From the NCBI GenBank assembly GCA_030141605.1, contig JAQGDQ010000214.1, positions 248,001 to 312,000 of the forward strand: a stretch of DNA of 64,000 bases. The letters run 5' to 3'. This document shows, one piece after another, positions 1 to 13,031 of the stretch. The notes beneath the pieces were generated by a model. That model was not told where the DNA came from, did not search any database, and saw only the letters and a list, made by a program, of their open reading frames with translations. The DNA comes from Tubiluchus corallicola (lineage: Eukaryota; Animalia; Priapulida). The position numbers were made by a program, and so were the translations under genes. How positions within the stretch are numbered: the stretch's first letter is position 1; every line of letters begins with the position of its first letter.

Positions 1-15
1 GATGGCCTGGAGAAG
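1..15 (+). CDS. Serpin, 3' end of an internal exon (DGLEK); truncated by window start
   Basis: gatggcctggagaag|gtaagt: consensus donor, phase 0, joins the 907 exon to give 'DGLEKVEKSLT', a typical serpin helix-G/H region. Confidence 0.75.
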
Positions 16-184
16 GTAAGTAGCAAAATATTTTGAAATTGTAATGCGGTTAGATTTCAGCAATACATTAAAAGTTCTGTCAATTCTAACAATATATGAT
101 AGTTTTTATGTTTTTAGGAAATTTCAAAAAAAATCATTCTAAATTTAAAGTGTCGCAATTATTTTGTGCAAGCTTTTGGTAAAT

Positions 185-845
185 GCGTACTTGCTTAGCA
201 AAATCGTCCATAAGTCGGCAATTAAGTTTTCCTAGATGTTAACGTATCCTGAATCTCCATTTCACGAGGATCATTTTGATATCAAACTCATCAATGTATG
301 TTATTTCTACGTTGAGATAATCCACATAGGAATTCAGGTGCAGGCTATGCACTGAAAACCATAATTTTGAGAAAATTGCTGTTAAAGTTAGCCATTGTTT
401 TTTGTTGCGTTTCTACAAAACACTTAGCAACCACACAAATGTTAGTTGCTACGGACTTTGCAAGAACACACACATTGAAGTTATGTTAAAATCCAGTATA
501 TATGGCTCTACCTGGTGAAGATTTGGGCTTGGCAAGAGAAAAAACCCAAAGCAAAATGACTGCTTCTGGAGCAATTATCAGAGTTTGAAAATAGGAGTTT
601 TTTGCAATTGCAGTACTAGTTTCTAGACCCAAAACTGGGTAAGGAGTTATAAACTTAAATTTGTTGTTTTGTTGGACTTTTTTTTGATAATTGATGTTAG
701 AATACACAGTCCAATATATTTAGCATTTTTTTATAAAAAACAAAAAATTGACATTTGACCAAATTTTTGGTATATTCTACTTTGAAGCATCATAACATAG
801 TTTTAACCATGCCGACTTATGAAAGGATTTGGTTTGCAGGCACAC
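185..845 (+). mobile_element. MITE family A, copy 1 (~660 bp, ~35-bp imperfect TIRs) in a serpin intron
   Basis: Left end gcgtacttgcttagcaaaatcgtccataagtcggca is inverted relative to right end tgccgacttatgaaaggatttggtttgcaggcacac; alignable by eye to 1808-2470 and 24663-25655. Confidence 0.85.
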
Positions 846-906
846 AACTAATGATGTAATTAGGGGAGATTATGAAATATTTTAAAATCCGTTATTTTTT
901 TTGCAG

Positions 907-1061
907 GTTGAAAAATCTCTTACTGTAGACATTCTCAGTTCAATGGAAAAAGATGTTCATCCAGAGCCTAACGTTTCCCTGTGGTTACCCCAATTTTTTG
1001 TGCGCATGAATGTCAGTCTTGTTGACACTTTGAAGAAAATGGGTGTGACTGACTTGTTCAG
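907..1061 (+). CDS. Serpin internal exon (VEKSLT...VSLWLPQF...LKKMGVTDLF)
   Basis: Acceptor tttttgcag|, donor ag|gtatgc; serpin motif V-x-L-x-L-P-x-F...L-x-x-MG-x-x-DLF. Confidence 0.93.
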
Positions 1062-1554
1062 GTATGCCTTCTCCTTTAACTTGTTACTGCCATTTAAAAC
1101 AAGATTGATAAGCAAGTAACTTGATTTCAAAAGTATATGAACAATGACTGTTATGAAATAAAGATGATACAGTTAATGCTTGCTTTAATGAAACATTTTT
1201 AAACGTTCACAAACCTTAACAATCTAAAAGCATTGAATTGTATTCTAAGAGCAAAAATCACTATTGCTTGACTCATACATCAAATACTTTATGAATTCCA
1301 TTGATTACAATTATACATCATTTGTTTATTAAAAGCAATGAGTAACTTTATCTCTCACATTCTCTCGTTCCCAGCTACTCTCTACTCTGACTACCTATTA
1401 AGAATTCCACAATATGTAGCCACCTACTCATATTTGTTTGCTACACTAAATCACTAATAAATAGCAACCTTACTACTATTTTACATTGTACTTGTGTTTA
1501 TCAGCTGTGTAAACAGTATATTTTCGATATTTTGATAAACCATTTCTATTTTAG

Positions 1555-1720
1555 TGCAAAAGACTGTGATCTGAGTGGACTGACAGATAAAAATGATCTG
1601 TATGTAAGCGAAGCTATACATGAAGCCTATGTTAAAGTAGACGAAGAAGGTACTGAAGCTGCTGCAGCTACTGGAGTGGTTGCAAACCTGCGCTCTATGC
1701 CACTACCTTTTGATTTCAAG
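1555..1720 (+). CDS. Serpin exon with hinge and reactive centre loop (DLSGL...[22 protein letters not shown])
   Basis: Acceptor ttttag|, donor aag|gtttga; canonical inhibitory hinge [10 protein letters not shown]; phase-2 join with the previous exon is consistent. Confidence 0.96.
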
Positions 1721-1807
1721 GTTTGATTTTTACCTTTAGTTACATTTATCTCTCGTACATTAATACTTGTATCCAATTTTATCCATGATTGGTTCAAGCA
1801 CTTAAAT

Positions 1808-2470
1808 GTATGCTTGCACAGCAAAATCATCCATTAAGTTTTTCTAGTTATTCACATAGTCTGAATCTCCATTTCATAAGGATCATTCTAATACCAAGCT
1901 TTTCTCTCTATGTTATTTCTAAGCAGAGATAATCCACATTGAAGTTGAGGTTCAGCTACGCACTGAAAAACATAATCTTGAGAAAATTGCTGTTAAAGTT
2001 AGCCATTGATTTTTGTCGTGTTTCAACAAAACACTTGGTAACCGTACAGATATTGCTTGCTACGGACAATGCAAGAACAAATTGTAGTTATGTTTAAATC
2101 CAGTAAATGACTCTTCCTGACATTGTACCTGTCAACAATGAAGATCTGGGCTTGGCAACAGAAAAAACTGAAACAAAATGACTGCTTTCAGAAGCTACTA
2201 TCGGAGTTAAAAAATGTGAGTTTATTTATAATTCCAGTACTTGTTTCTAGACAGAAAAGTCACTAAGGGGTTATAAAATTAAATTTTTAGTATTTTTTGA
2301 ACACTTTCTTGATAATCTATAGAATATAAAAGTCCAATATATTTAGCATCGGCTTTTATGAAATATTAAAAATTGACATTTGACCAAAATTTTGGGTCAT
2401 TCTACTTTAAACCATCATAACGTAGTTTTAAATATGCCGACTTATGGATGGTTTTGGTTTGCAAGCACAC
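1808..2470 (+). mobile_element. MITE family A, copy 2, in the last serpin intron
   Basis: Shares gaatctccatttca..gataatccaca..gaaaattgctgttaaagttagccattg..aaattgacatttgaccaaa..tgccgacttatg with copy 1; same TIRs. Confidence 0.85.
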
Positions 2471-2726
2471 ATTTTTTGTTTTGTTTTATTCATACAAATG
2501 CTTATACATAGTTTCTAAACGTCGCTAGTGAATCAGTGGCTCATCATAAGGGGATATTCTCGATAATGAGCCAGGCTCCAGTACTGCCACATATACCATG
2601 TTGAGTAGACCCTGCTGTGGAACGTTGTATCCTGGTTTTGCAGTGAGGCAAAGTGTATAAAAAATGTAAGCGTTTTTGCGCTGCATATTTTGATTTATTT
2701 TACTTATTTTCTGTACATTTTAACAG

Positions 2727-2828
2727 GTGGATCATCCGTTCCTGTTTTACATAAAGGATAAGACAAACAACCTGATTCTGTTCTTTGGAAGATTTGTGAA
2801 GCCAGCAGCACCAGTTGCCTCATGCTGA
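2727..2828 (+). CDS. Serpin last coding exon (VDHPFLFYIKDKTNNLILFFGRFVKPAAPVASC*)
   Basis: Acceptor taacag|; serpin signature F-x-V-D-H-P-F-L-F-x-I...LF-x-GR; TGA at 2826-2828; AATAAA candidates at ~3138, 3288, 3336. Confidence 0.96.
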   Translation: MDHPFLFYIKDKTNNLILFFGRFVKPAAPVASC

Positions 2829-3949
2829 GAGCTTTTTATCAAACTGTTTTCAAGCAGTATCAGTAAACTGTTCTAAATTTATACTAATTTAATTAAACAA
2901 ACTAACTGCTGCATATAATCTTCAAGCTGTGATTGTACATGTATCCATAACAAATGCAATTTTCGAATTTAAGCCTCTACAGCATCTATTGTTCATGCTG
3001 TGATTGTAGCTATAAAATACTTGGGAATAGTGTTTGTAATACAGTAGTATAATTCAGTGTAAAATATTAAAGTGGGCAGTATAGCAAAGTCATTTTAGGG
3101 TGCTTGCTGTCTCAATGTTCAGTAACATTCAATTTATAATAAATTAACAGGGCAAAGTTACAGATTTAGTCAGTTTAAGAGAATAGTTCCACAAGCTTTA
3201 AATTATTGTCAACTATTCTGCAGTCCTTATCTTAGTGCAGAAACTGTCAACAGGTGGCAGCACCGTGCAAACAATTTACCACGGAACAATAAAGTCCATT
3301 CTCGTCGAAAAAGACTAAAAGCAAATACAGTAATTAATAAAAATATAAAGATGCTTTCAAATCATTTATTTTTGTAATTTTAAAGGATCGTCTGTGCTTA
3401 CAGACTAGTACGCTCCTAGCACTGTGATAAAAGATCATTATAAATATAGTATACGTACTGCATGCGACTAAATGTTTCATGATGTGGCATGATATCTTTT
3501 TTATCTGATGTTAGTTCACCAGTTAATAGAAACTATTTTTGTGATTACTGATCTGCGTCGTAATGTGATAATTATTACCATTTATAGCAAAACAATGTAT
3601 TAAATATTTTAAGAAATGTTAAACATTCAATTAGCTTAATTTCTCTCATTTTAATTAATGTTTAGGCATTACACCAATAAAAAATTTGATCTTTGCCATA
3701 TTTTTTTTTATATTTTGTATTAGTATATTTTTTAAACCTTTTCTGTGTTAATTACATCATTTAAACTGGCAAAATTAAATCTTTTTGTACTACTTGACTT
3801 ACATGCAGGGAAACTTATTTTTGCTAAATTATCTAGTATAATTTAATAACTGATTGATTGTGGTTGATTGATATATGTACCTGTAAGTAAGCCTGTGATA
3901 AAACTACAAATTGGCTGCACTATAGCCTCAATTTGTGAAAACCCCAGCA

Positions 3950-4525
3950 ACACAACAACAACAGCAGCTACAATAAGCAAAGCCATGGCAACAGCAATAC
4001 AACTACTACAATAAGCAACGCTATGGCAACAGCAACACAACAACAATAACCAAAACTGCGGTACAGCGACAACTATGTGCAACAACAACAGCAACGTGTA
4101 ACAACAATCATGAGCAACGTGCAACAACAACAACAACAATAATAATAACAATAACAACAAAGACAAGAACAAGAACAACAACAACAACAGCTAATACTGC
4201 TACTACTACTACTACAGCTACAACAGTGACGACAATGGCAGCAACTGTGATAATGACAACAACAACATGTATGAAGCTGCTACTGGTAATGATGAGGACG
4301 GTGTTGATTTCGGTGATGATGATTATGGCGACGTTGACGATGATACTGCTTATGATTGTGATGATGCTGATGATGATTGTCATAATATTGATACTAACGA
4401 TCATGCTGGTAGCAAATGTAACAACAATGACAACAGCTAAAACATCAGCAGCAGCAGCAGCAACATCTAGGAAAACAACAGCAATAGCAACAGCACCACC
4501 AACAACAGCAACAACAACAATTACA
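3950..4525. repeat. Degenerate compound trinucleotide tract (AAC/AGC/GAT)
   Basis: Visible low-complexity triplet repeats; source of spurious poly-L/V/T ORFs. Confidence 0.85.
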
Positions 4526-5482
4526 TAGACTTGATAGTTATTTTTCAACTAAGGATGCACTCCTGAGTGTCTATCTGTCGTTATTTTGCACACATCATTT
4601 AATCTCACCAATAGACCTTGAGACTTTTGATTCACTTGTTGTGGCATTTTATTCAGAAATTGTCACTGACGCTATAAACCCTGGCAGGGACACAAATTGC
4701 AATTTGCACTACCTTGGTTGTCCAGGGCCGGCGCAGGTTTCTGTTTGCTTTATTCACCAGTTGGTTTTAACGGGTATGACGTCACAGGAAGTCTAAGAAT
4801 CGGACTCGCCCTGAGGGACCACTTTTGCAGTATAAAGAGCACATGCTGCCAATTATTAGTGACGTTTGTCATGAATAATAAACGGGGATTTTGCTTTGTA
4901 CGCGCGTATTCTCCCGTATGCAGTGATAGATATAATCCTATAATATCTCATCCTTGGGCTTTGGCTAACCTGGTTTTGAACTCGCTTGCAGTACTTTTGT
5001 TGCTATGTAAAAACTATAGCAATTATTATAAAATAGTTTTTATATTTTTAGCATTAATATTAGTGACCTTTCATCTGCTTTAAATCATTCATTTTTATTA
5101 ACGTTTAAACACAGATTTACTGACTGACATTTTACAAATTGATCTTTGCTTTATGTCTTATTTTACAAAGTGTTTTATAATTTGTCTAATTAGCATTTTT
5201 GCCTAATTTTGTTTAATTTTTGTTTTTATTATAATTAATTTTGCAAAGAACTTTAATCTGTTTAATTTAGTACTTTATTAGTACCTTATCTAAATTTTGC
5301 TTTCGATCAGTATCCATATTTACAAAGTATTTTATGATTAGCTGTTTTAGTACTTTAGTCGGTTTTTAGTTTTGTTTAATTTTAAGGTATTCTGTTCTAT
5401 TTTATATTTTAATTAATACTAACATGCCATGGACAATTATGGAAATATTGCGTATACAATTTAATGTGCTCTGTGTAAAAAA

Positions 5483-5558
5483 TTCTATTCTTTTCAATTC
5501 AATTCAATTCTGTTCTATTCTATTCTATTCTATTCTATTCTATTCTATTCTATTCTAT
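5483..5558. repeat. (ATTCT)n pentanucleotide microsatellite
   Basis: Direct reading. Confidence 0.9.
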
Positions 5559-7304
5559 GGTAATGTGGAGCAAATTATATCCAATTTTTCATGTAGTCGT
5601 TATTGACGGACCATTTTACGTTCCTTGCCGATCAGAAACTCCTCGTCTTCCTACATCTACAGTTTTATGTCATGTGCATTTTGCTAAGTTCACATAATTT
5701 TCAGTTGCCTAATATCAATTTGCACTTCTCCATACGAGTTTAAGTCAATTAGAAATTTTTTATACCCGAGTTACCCAAAGTGTGCGCTGTGTTCGCTGTA
5801 CACTGAAGTTACATCGCGCGTCAAGCTGCTACGTCAACTATGTATAGCTGAGGTTACAAATTATTGCACCGAAAAACACGTATTTCTCAGCAGACATATA
5901 AACACTTTTCTGATAGTAGATGATCATTCTAGTGTAAGCCTACGAATCTGCATTTTTCATATTTTTCATGAAAGGAAATCTCGAAATTTCTCCATGCCGA
6001 AAAAGGAAGTGTCCGAAATCCTGGCATTTTGTATCATGGTGAGACAATTGCCGACTCGAAGTTGACCCTGAATTGTTCTGACAAAAGTGGCTCAGCCCCA
6101 CCCCCTGCAAAAATCGGCCCCTATGCTTTTGGTAGCAATATGGTATATAATGTGTGTGGCAAAGTATGCATACTCACACTATATAATTATCCGGAAAAGG
6201 GAGAGTTCAGCACGTTTAGTCACCATTAATCCATGCTCGCCATCATCATCGTCATTATCACATGATTACTGTCGTCGTCATTTACGTTATTATAAATTCT
6301 GAGGTTGGTTTTTCCCAGAATAAGTGCATGTCTAATGAAATCAGTTCAAATTACTGTTCATGTTAATGATCATAGTATTTTCTCATGCGAATGGAAGTGT
6401 ACTCACTGCTTAATTAGTATATTGAAAGCATGCACACATCACAGGCGGTCCAGTGAGCGCAATGGTTCGATTCGTTAGTAATTAATTGAAGCATAAAGGT
6501 AAAGAATACCTGCGAAAATCGATCCGAGCTTAGGATCTCATTAGGAGGTGACCTGCGGCTGGGCGGCTGCCGCTCTGGCATCCGAGACCTGAATTTGAGC
6601 CCCCAAGCGTCAGGTAACTTGCGCGATGCCTCAAGTCACAAAAAAATTTGAACGAGTTTTTTTGAAATAATAGAACTTGGTAGGGTGTTACCTGGAGCGA
6701 CCGAGTACCTCCTCCTGTTGCTGATTGAGCATTTACGGGCAGATGTTCGTATTGAAGTTAAAAAAGAATTAAGTTGTCGCGAGAATAGCTTGAGTTTTTT
6801 GATAGCTTAGAAAAATGTGAAAGCTGGAAATGTGAATATTTGAATCATATCGAAATACAATAATGCCAGAGAAAAATAGTGCAAAGCAGCACAAAACTCC
6901 CTTTTGATTGATTGTGGCAGTCACCCTCACTGATGTCATGGTAAATAGGCCTACTGCTAGAGCTGATTCCAGTGCAGCATAAGCGACAAATGTAACACAA
7001 TTTCTAGCTAATATTGTGCATTATTTTTAGGATAAGGCATATGCATCAGTTTCTGTTATTGTTAGGTTAGCGTTTTTGTGATAACTTAAGAGTTTCGATT
7101 ATGTTAGTTGTTGTTTTTTGCTCGGAATTCATAATCTCTGTTGACAGATTGTGGCACTATTGCTTAGCAAGAATTTATATTTTTGGGTTATTTACTCATC
7201 TAGTAACTCTATCAAAGAGATCTGCTTTGCTGTGATGCCGGTTTCGTTCTCGTTACTGTTCATTAATATGTTTTCAGCCAGTTTTAATATTGCGAGGTCA
7301 TAAT

Positions 7305-7542
7305 GGTGCGTTCAGACGTAGAGACTTCTCTCGCAACTTTGTCTCTCTGACAGTAAATTTACACGTGTGAACGCCTTGGCAACTTTTCTCGCAACTCATT
7401 GCACAAGTTAACTCTCAGCAGCTCTCGCCGAGTTTGCAATAAGCTGCGAGAGAAGTTGCCAAGCCGTTCACACGTGCAACTTTACTCTCAGAGAGAAGTT
7501 GCGTAATAAGGTGCGAGAGAAGCCTCTACGTCTGAACGCGCC
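7305..7542. mobile_element. Palindromic MITE (~240 bp), PIF/Harbinger-like termini
   Basis: ggtgcgttcagacgtagagacttctctcgca ... tgcgagagaagcctctacgtctgaacgcgcc; inner arms also pair (cacgtgtgaacgccttggcaacttttctcgca / tgcgagagaagttgccaagccgttcacacgtg). Confidence 0.85.
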
Positions 7543-9849
7543 GTGATTGAGTGAGTCTGCATTCTAAATTTTTGCAAAAAAGCATATTCGTGTATACGGT
7601 AAACGGTGTTCTAATTTAAAGACTTATATCGAGCTATATCCATGTTTACAAATCTGCACATTTTAAATGTGCGTGCATATAGGCCAATGCTTCGCATTCC
7701 AGACTAATTTGCATAATTATTTACCACTCGTGTTCATGTAGATTACGTTATTTTAATTTCATCAATGGATAAGATCGTCAAGTCGCGCAATATTAACAAA
7801 CAATTATTTACTATACACACTGCTGTTATAATGTAACTGGCAATTCAATGGTTTTTAACTATTAATCAGGGCATTTCGAGTGAAATAGTAAGCGAACGGT
7901 AGCCGAAAGTGTCTGTAGTAGAAGACAGGACTCTTTAAAGAGTTAAGAAATAATGCGAATTTTAATCTCACACTATTATCCTAAGCGTTATTATCTTCAT
8001 TATACGGAAACTGGCGGTAAATCGTAATGAAATGTGCTTACAGTGTGTGTACAATGTATATATATATATATGCAAATGTGCCTGTACCGTAGAAGTCAGA
8101 TATTAGATATACGCGTATGCTATAATCATATAAGATGTAATGCTTGATGTTTCAGTTACATTAATTATTAATTAATTTAAAATGTAGCTCTCACAAAACT
8201 TTATTGTATCAGACAAAATATTGCAATTGACTTCTTCATAGCAATTACGATTTTAAAACTTTCTATTATTTATTTCATAAATGTTTAACATTAGCCTACA
8301 GTGAGAATTAGTAATTTACTTATTCAAAATGAAATTCGTCTTAATTATATTTGCAATGCTATATATCACGCAGTTTTTTTCTGTGGAACGTTTTTTTAAT
8401 CTCTGTGTCTGTTCTAGGAAACACCTGCCCTCGAAACAAGCCAAAGCAAAATAGGCCAGAATAACAAAATTAAATTTCGCCAAAAAAGTGAGTGCAAACT
8501 AAAGCAAAAATACTCACAATGCATCATGGATAATTAAATAAGTAAAACGATGAAGTCAAGGTAATTTGGTTTTTGATTAGAACTGAATGTCGACGTTTGA
8601 TCCTGAGAAGCATTTTTGATAGTGTGATTTAAAAATCCACGAATGGGTAAAAATCTTTAGACCATCGAGGAAAGCGCTATGGGCAGGCCCTCCAAACGTA
8701 GCATAGAGATCTAAGCTAGCTGAATTTCACAGAAACTCAATGTTAAAGATTTTGTTACTACAACCAACCTTCACTTGTTTCATAGACAACATTAAAGTAA
8801 GTGGTATTAAAAGAACTAGTGACTTATACTTACAATAATACGCATGAAGAATGAAAACGTGAAACAAAAACGAATAGAAACTATGTTCCTTGAGCTCGTA
8901 GCCACGAGTGTTGAACCCAAAACTGCTGTTCCCATGAATTATAAAGTATTAAGAGTAGTGCAACCAGGCTTGGAGATACGCTGTCTTGTATACTCTTTTT
9001 TTTAATATACTGCAAATTGCCTGTCAAGTCAAAATTGAAAGGCTCTTGGCGTAATTAACTTAACTCTGATATTACGAGTGCTGCGTTTAGTCAGGCAGCT
9101 GACAAAACTTCTACGTTGCCTTTAAGCCATTATCTTTTAAAGTCAAAGTACGTAGCAAACATAACTTCTTAAGCTAATCCGAGACTCCCTTTCCGAGTTC
9201 TTTCTCTAAAATATTGACTAGATTACATGAGCTGGTCCCGAGGCAGTATCTGTCGACGCTGATTGGTTGACAGTGAATTAAGAGCGCAGTATACATCACG
9301 CCCACCTGTCTCTGTAATGTCGCATCCAACCCACGTGCCTCAAAGGTATGAAGAAAAACCTTTGCTTTGTATTATAAGCTTACCAATATACATGTTGTTG
9401 ACGCGCATCCAATGGTTCTACAATGGGGATGCTTCAGTACTCAAATACTCAAGAATTTTCATGTTCAGATGCTGTAGATAATACAAATGCAATTTAAATT
9501 TCGCTGAAAAAACTTTAAAATTAGATAGTATATCGATGTGAGTTCTAGAAAAAACAGTCAAAGTGGAACACAAACTGAGTGGACACGAGTTTATACACAA
9601 ACCGGACCATCAACGGGATTGCCAGTACACAACGGTACGACTTTATAAATCATTTAAAAATAGTATAAATGCTCTACGAGTGCTTTATTTTCAATTCAGT
9701 TTAGGGTAGATGAGCAGAAAATTTTACCAAAGCTCAGCATCTGAATTAATTATTATGATCTTAATGTCAAGATTATTATTAATGACGGAACAAACTCACA
9801 ATTACTTAAATTTCGATTAAACTTTGAAAGACAGGAAATGAAACAGTTG

Positions 9850-9923
9850 TGATACAGCCTGCATTTGAACCAGGGACCTTCTGCTTACAAGGCAGACGCC
9901 ATAGTCAACTCGGCCATTGTATC
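9850..9923 (-). pseudogene. tRNA-Thr(TGT)-like cloverleaf (pseudo-tRNA / SINE-type head) inside a dispersed repeat
   Basis: Minus strand GATACAA TG GCCG AGTTGACTA TGGC G TCTGC CT-TGT-AA GCAGA AGGTC CCTGG TTCAAAT GCAGG CTGTATC: all four arms form, but the D-loop GG and C61 are mutated and no oligo-T terminator follows. Confidence 0.75.
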
Positions 9924-10119
9924 TTCCAGTCCGAAGTTTATTACTATAGCTGACCAGTAGAATTCAGCATTTTCAATGTTTGTTCGCTCATATTAGATTG
10001 ATTCTAATTAATTAATTATTATAATTTTAATATCAAGATTAATTTTAAACGGAGAGAGAGAAAGGGAAGAGACAGAAAAACAAAGATGAGAGAAAAGTAA
10101 AAACAGAAAAGTGAGAGAG

Positions 10120-10387
<268 letters not shown>

Positions 10388-12948
10388 TGAGAGGGAGGGA
10401 GCGCAATAGGAACAATTACTTTGTGTTATTATGCCGTGCTATTATCGTAAAAATGATGTTAGATTTTGTAGTTGTAGAAAACGCGCAACGAAATTTATCA
10501 TTTTTGTCTTCAGGAAAAATATTAAAAAGTTAACGTAGCGCAGAATGAACGTTTAACATTCATTTTTGTACTGTGTTTAAAAGTCAACTAATAAAATGTA
10601 GGTCTATTGTGCGGTCTAAAGTGAGCAAAGCATTTATTTGCTCGCTCGACACATGTAACCGCGCGTTTTACATACAACTTTACATATTATTTTTCAATTA
10701 CAGCCTGGCAGATGAGCTTAGTGACATAGATAAATGTTGCCCTAATGTAAATCTTACAAAGCAGGAAAAAAAACAGATCTGTAACTGCACGAAGGCCCTA
10801 AACCTCATTTTTAGAGAGCAAATTTGCTTGCGTTGTAGTTAAAGCACGTAAACTTATCAAGGAAGTTTTGCTGAACAACTTGAAAAATGAAGGTGTTGTA
10901 TTCTACGCGTTCCAAGCGCTTGGCTACTTGCATAAATAATGGTGGAAGTAACTCACTGACAGGTGGAGTGTACGCCCTGTTAGGACAATCAGGACTGAAG
11001 AGAAAGATACATTATAATGTCTACCAAGTACAAAAGTGACAATGCCTAAAGTTCAAAAGTAAATTTATTAACTTTAAGTCCGCGGAACTAACAAATGAAA
11101 CGCTCAAAGCAAATAAATAATAGGTCATGTAGTTGGTTCTCTACGAACTGGTTTTATATTGTGAAGTTAAATTTTGGTAATTTTTGACAAACGACCGTAA
11201 ATTAAAATTCTTTCTGTTATACTTTCGTTCTTTTCATAAAAATGCGGGTATTCCTATTTGTTCTGCGACATTTACATTTAATTTTTGAAGTGATATCTTA
11301 CGTTAAAACGAAAATGATTGTGTACATTTCATACAACATAAATATAAGTTTCATACAACATAAATGTAAGTGTAGTCTAATGACACACTCTTTGAATTCT
11401 TATATTATACATTATTGTCATACAATATAATTTCATTTTTGCACTTTCAATCGACCGTTTCCCAATCCCTAGATGAAATCTCATTAATGTAAAACAAGTG
11501 TAAGACTTATTTATTTATTGCCTATTATTTACTACTTCCGTTGCAATGATAATCATATCTGAATTAGTTTGACAATTGTCTGTGTTGTAATTATTTATCA
11601 TATTTATTAAATATCACATAATAATTTGTTAATTATTTCTACATAGTTCTATGTAGGTGGTATGTTCAGCTATTTTCATTTATTTTTGTTTGTTTGTTTG
11701 TTTAGTGTTCATTCGTTTATCCACTCCATCAACCAGCTAGTCATTTAACTATATTTATTTGTATTTGTTTATGTATCTTAATTTATTCATTCATTAATGC
11801 ATGCATTCATTCACTCATTCTAGTGTGCACTCTCCGCTACATTCCTTCTTTGTTTATTTTTCGTTTTTTGTGTTTTTCATTTCTTCATTCAGTTATTTGT
11901 CTATCCACTCATTCATTCTGCTGTTCATGTTACTCAGCCTTTAATTATGTTACAGGAGAGGAGTACAGATTTTTCACTATAAATTTTTTTTCTTACTTGC
12001 AAAACCATGCACATCACGCAAGGCTTTCTATTTGTTTTAACAGACATCTTTATTTTTTGCCCTTTCTGCTGGTTTCGTCATTCGCCTTTTGATTCACTTT
12101 ATATTATTATAGTGTAGCTTAATTTAATTTTGCGTCGAGTACGTATTCGTCGCGTTGTTTTTGCAATCGCGTATAGGAAGAGGCTTCACTACACAAAGAC
12201 GTGCAAGGCACGCGTGTTCAGAAGGGCCTCTCTTATTTAGACCATCACTCATTCACTATACATGAAGTGGATCATAAGCGCATAAAATGCTTTCAGTCTT
12301 GCTGCTGCATTGAATGAAAGCTCCGTACAATGATAGAAATAAGAACTGGCGCACCTGTGCAAAGCAAATGTGTCAGTTATTGCAATATCATCCTCGGAGT
12401 CACACAACTTCAACAATAGAACGCGTTTACTTAATAGACCCAATCTGATTCTTTGACCCTTTCAGGTACGAGGTTATTGATTATTTTCAGATCAATATTG
12501 GGCAGATTATATTTATACACATTTTCCCATGAATGAAGAATAGCCTGTAGTGATAAAAGAAATTGTTTAAGCAATGATTATTTTTGTTAATATATCAACT
12601 CAAACGCAATGAAGAACCCAAATTTCACTCATCATTAAATCCCAAAATGCTTCTTAACGTGTTTTTAAAAGAAATATTAAAACTGAGCAGAGAGATGCAT
12701 GTATGATGATTTTTAGAAAGAATTGGTCGCGTTATTATGTTTTCTATATAAATATTTCAATTATATCCTTATTTTACTATAATTTTGTTTATGTTTACAT
12801 GATTATCTGCAAAGGATAAATAAAAATTAAAGATATTATATAAAATTGTTTATTTTATGCATGCTAATTTCTTTTGTTTTTGCGTGTAAGTGTACAAACT
12901 ATTATCTGTACCATTAACTGTATCTGTTACCGTGCAAAATAAAAAAAG

Positions 12949-12968
12949 TAATAATAATAATAATAATA

Positions 12969-13000
<32 letters not shown>

Positions 13001-13031
13001 GATTATTATTATTATTATTATTATTATTATT
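12949..13031. repeat. (AAT)n/(ATT)n microsatellite with a strand switch
   Basis: aataataat...tattattatt, direct reading. Confidence 0.9.

Noticed and set aside
3843-4548. Poly-Leu/Val/Thr/Met ORFs
   Set aside because: Translations of triplet low-complexity DNA, with no domain or exon signals.
2829-9000. Mutually exclusive alternative RCL or terminal exons as in insect serpin-1 genes
   Set aside because: No second EEGTEAAA or HPF-type exon was found downstream of the serpin stop.
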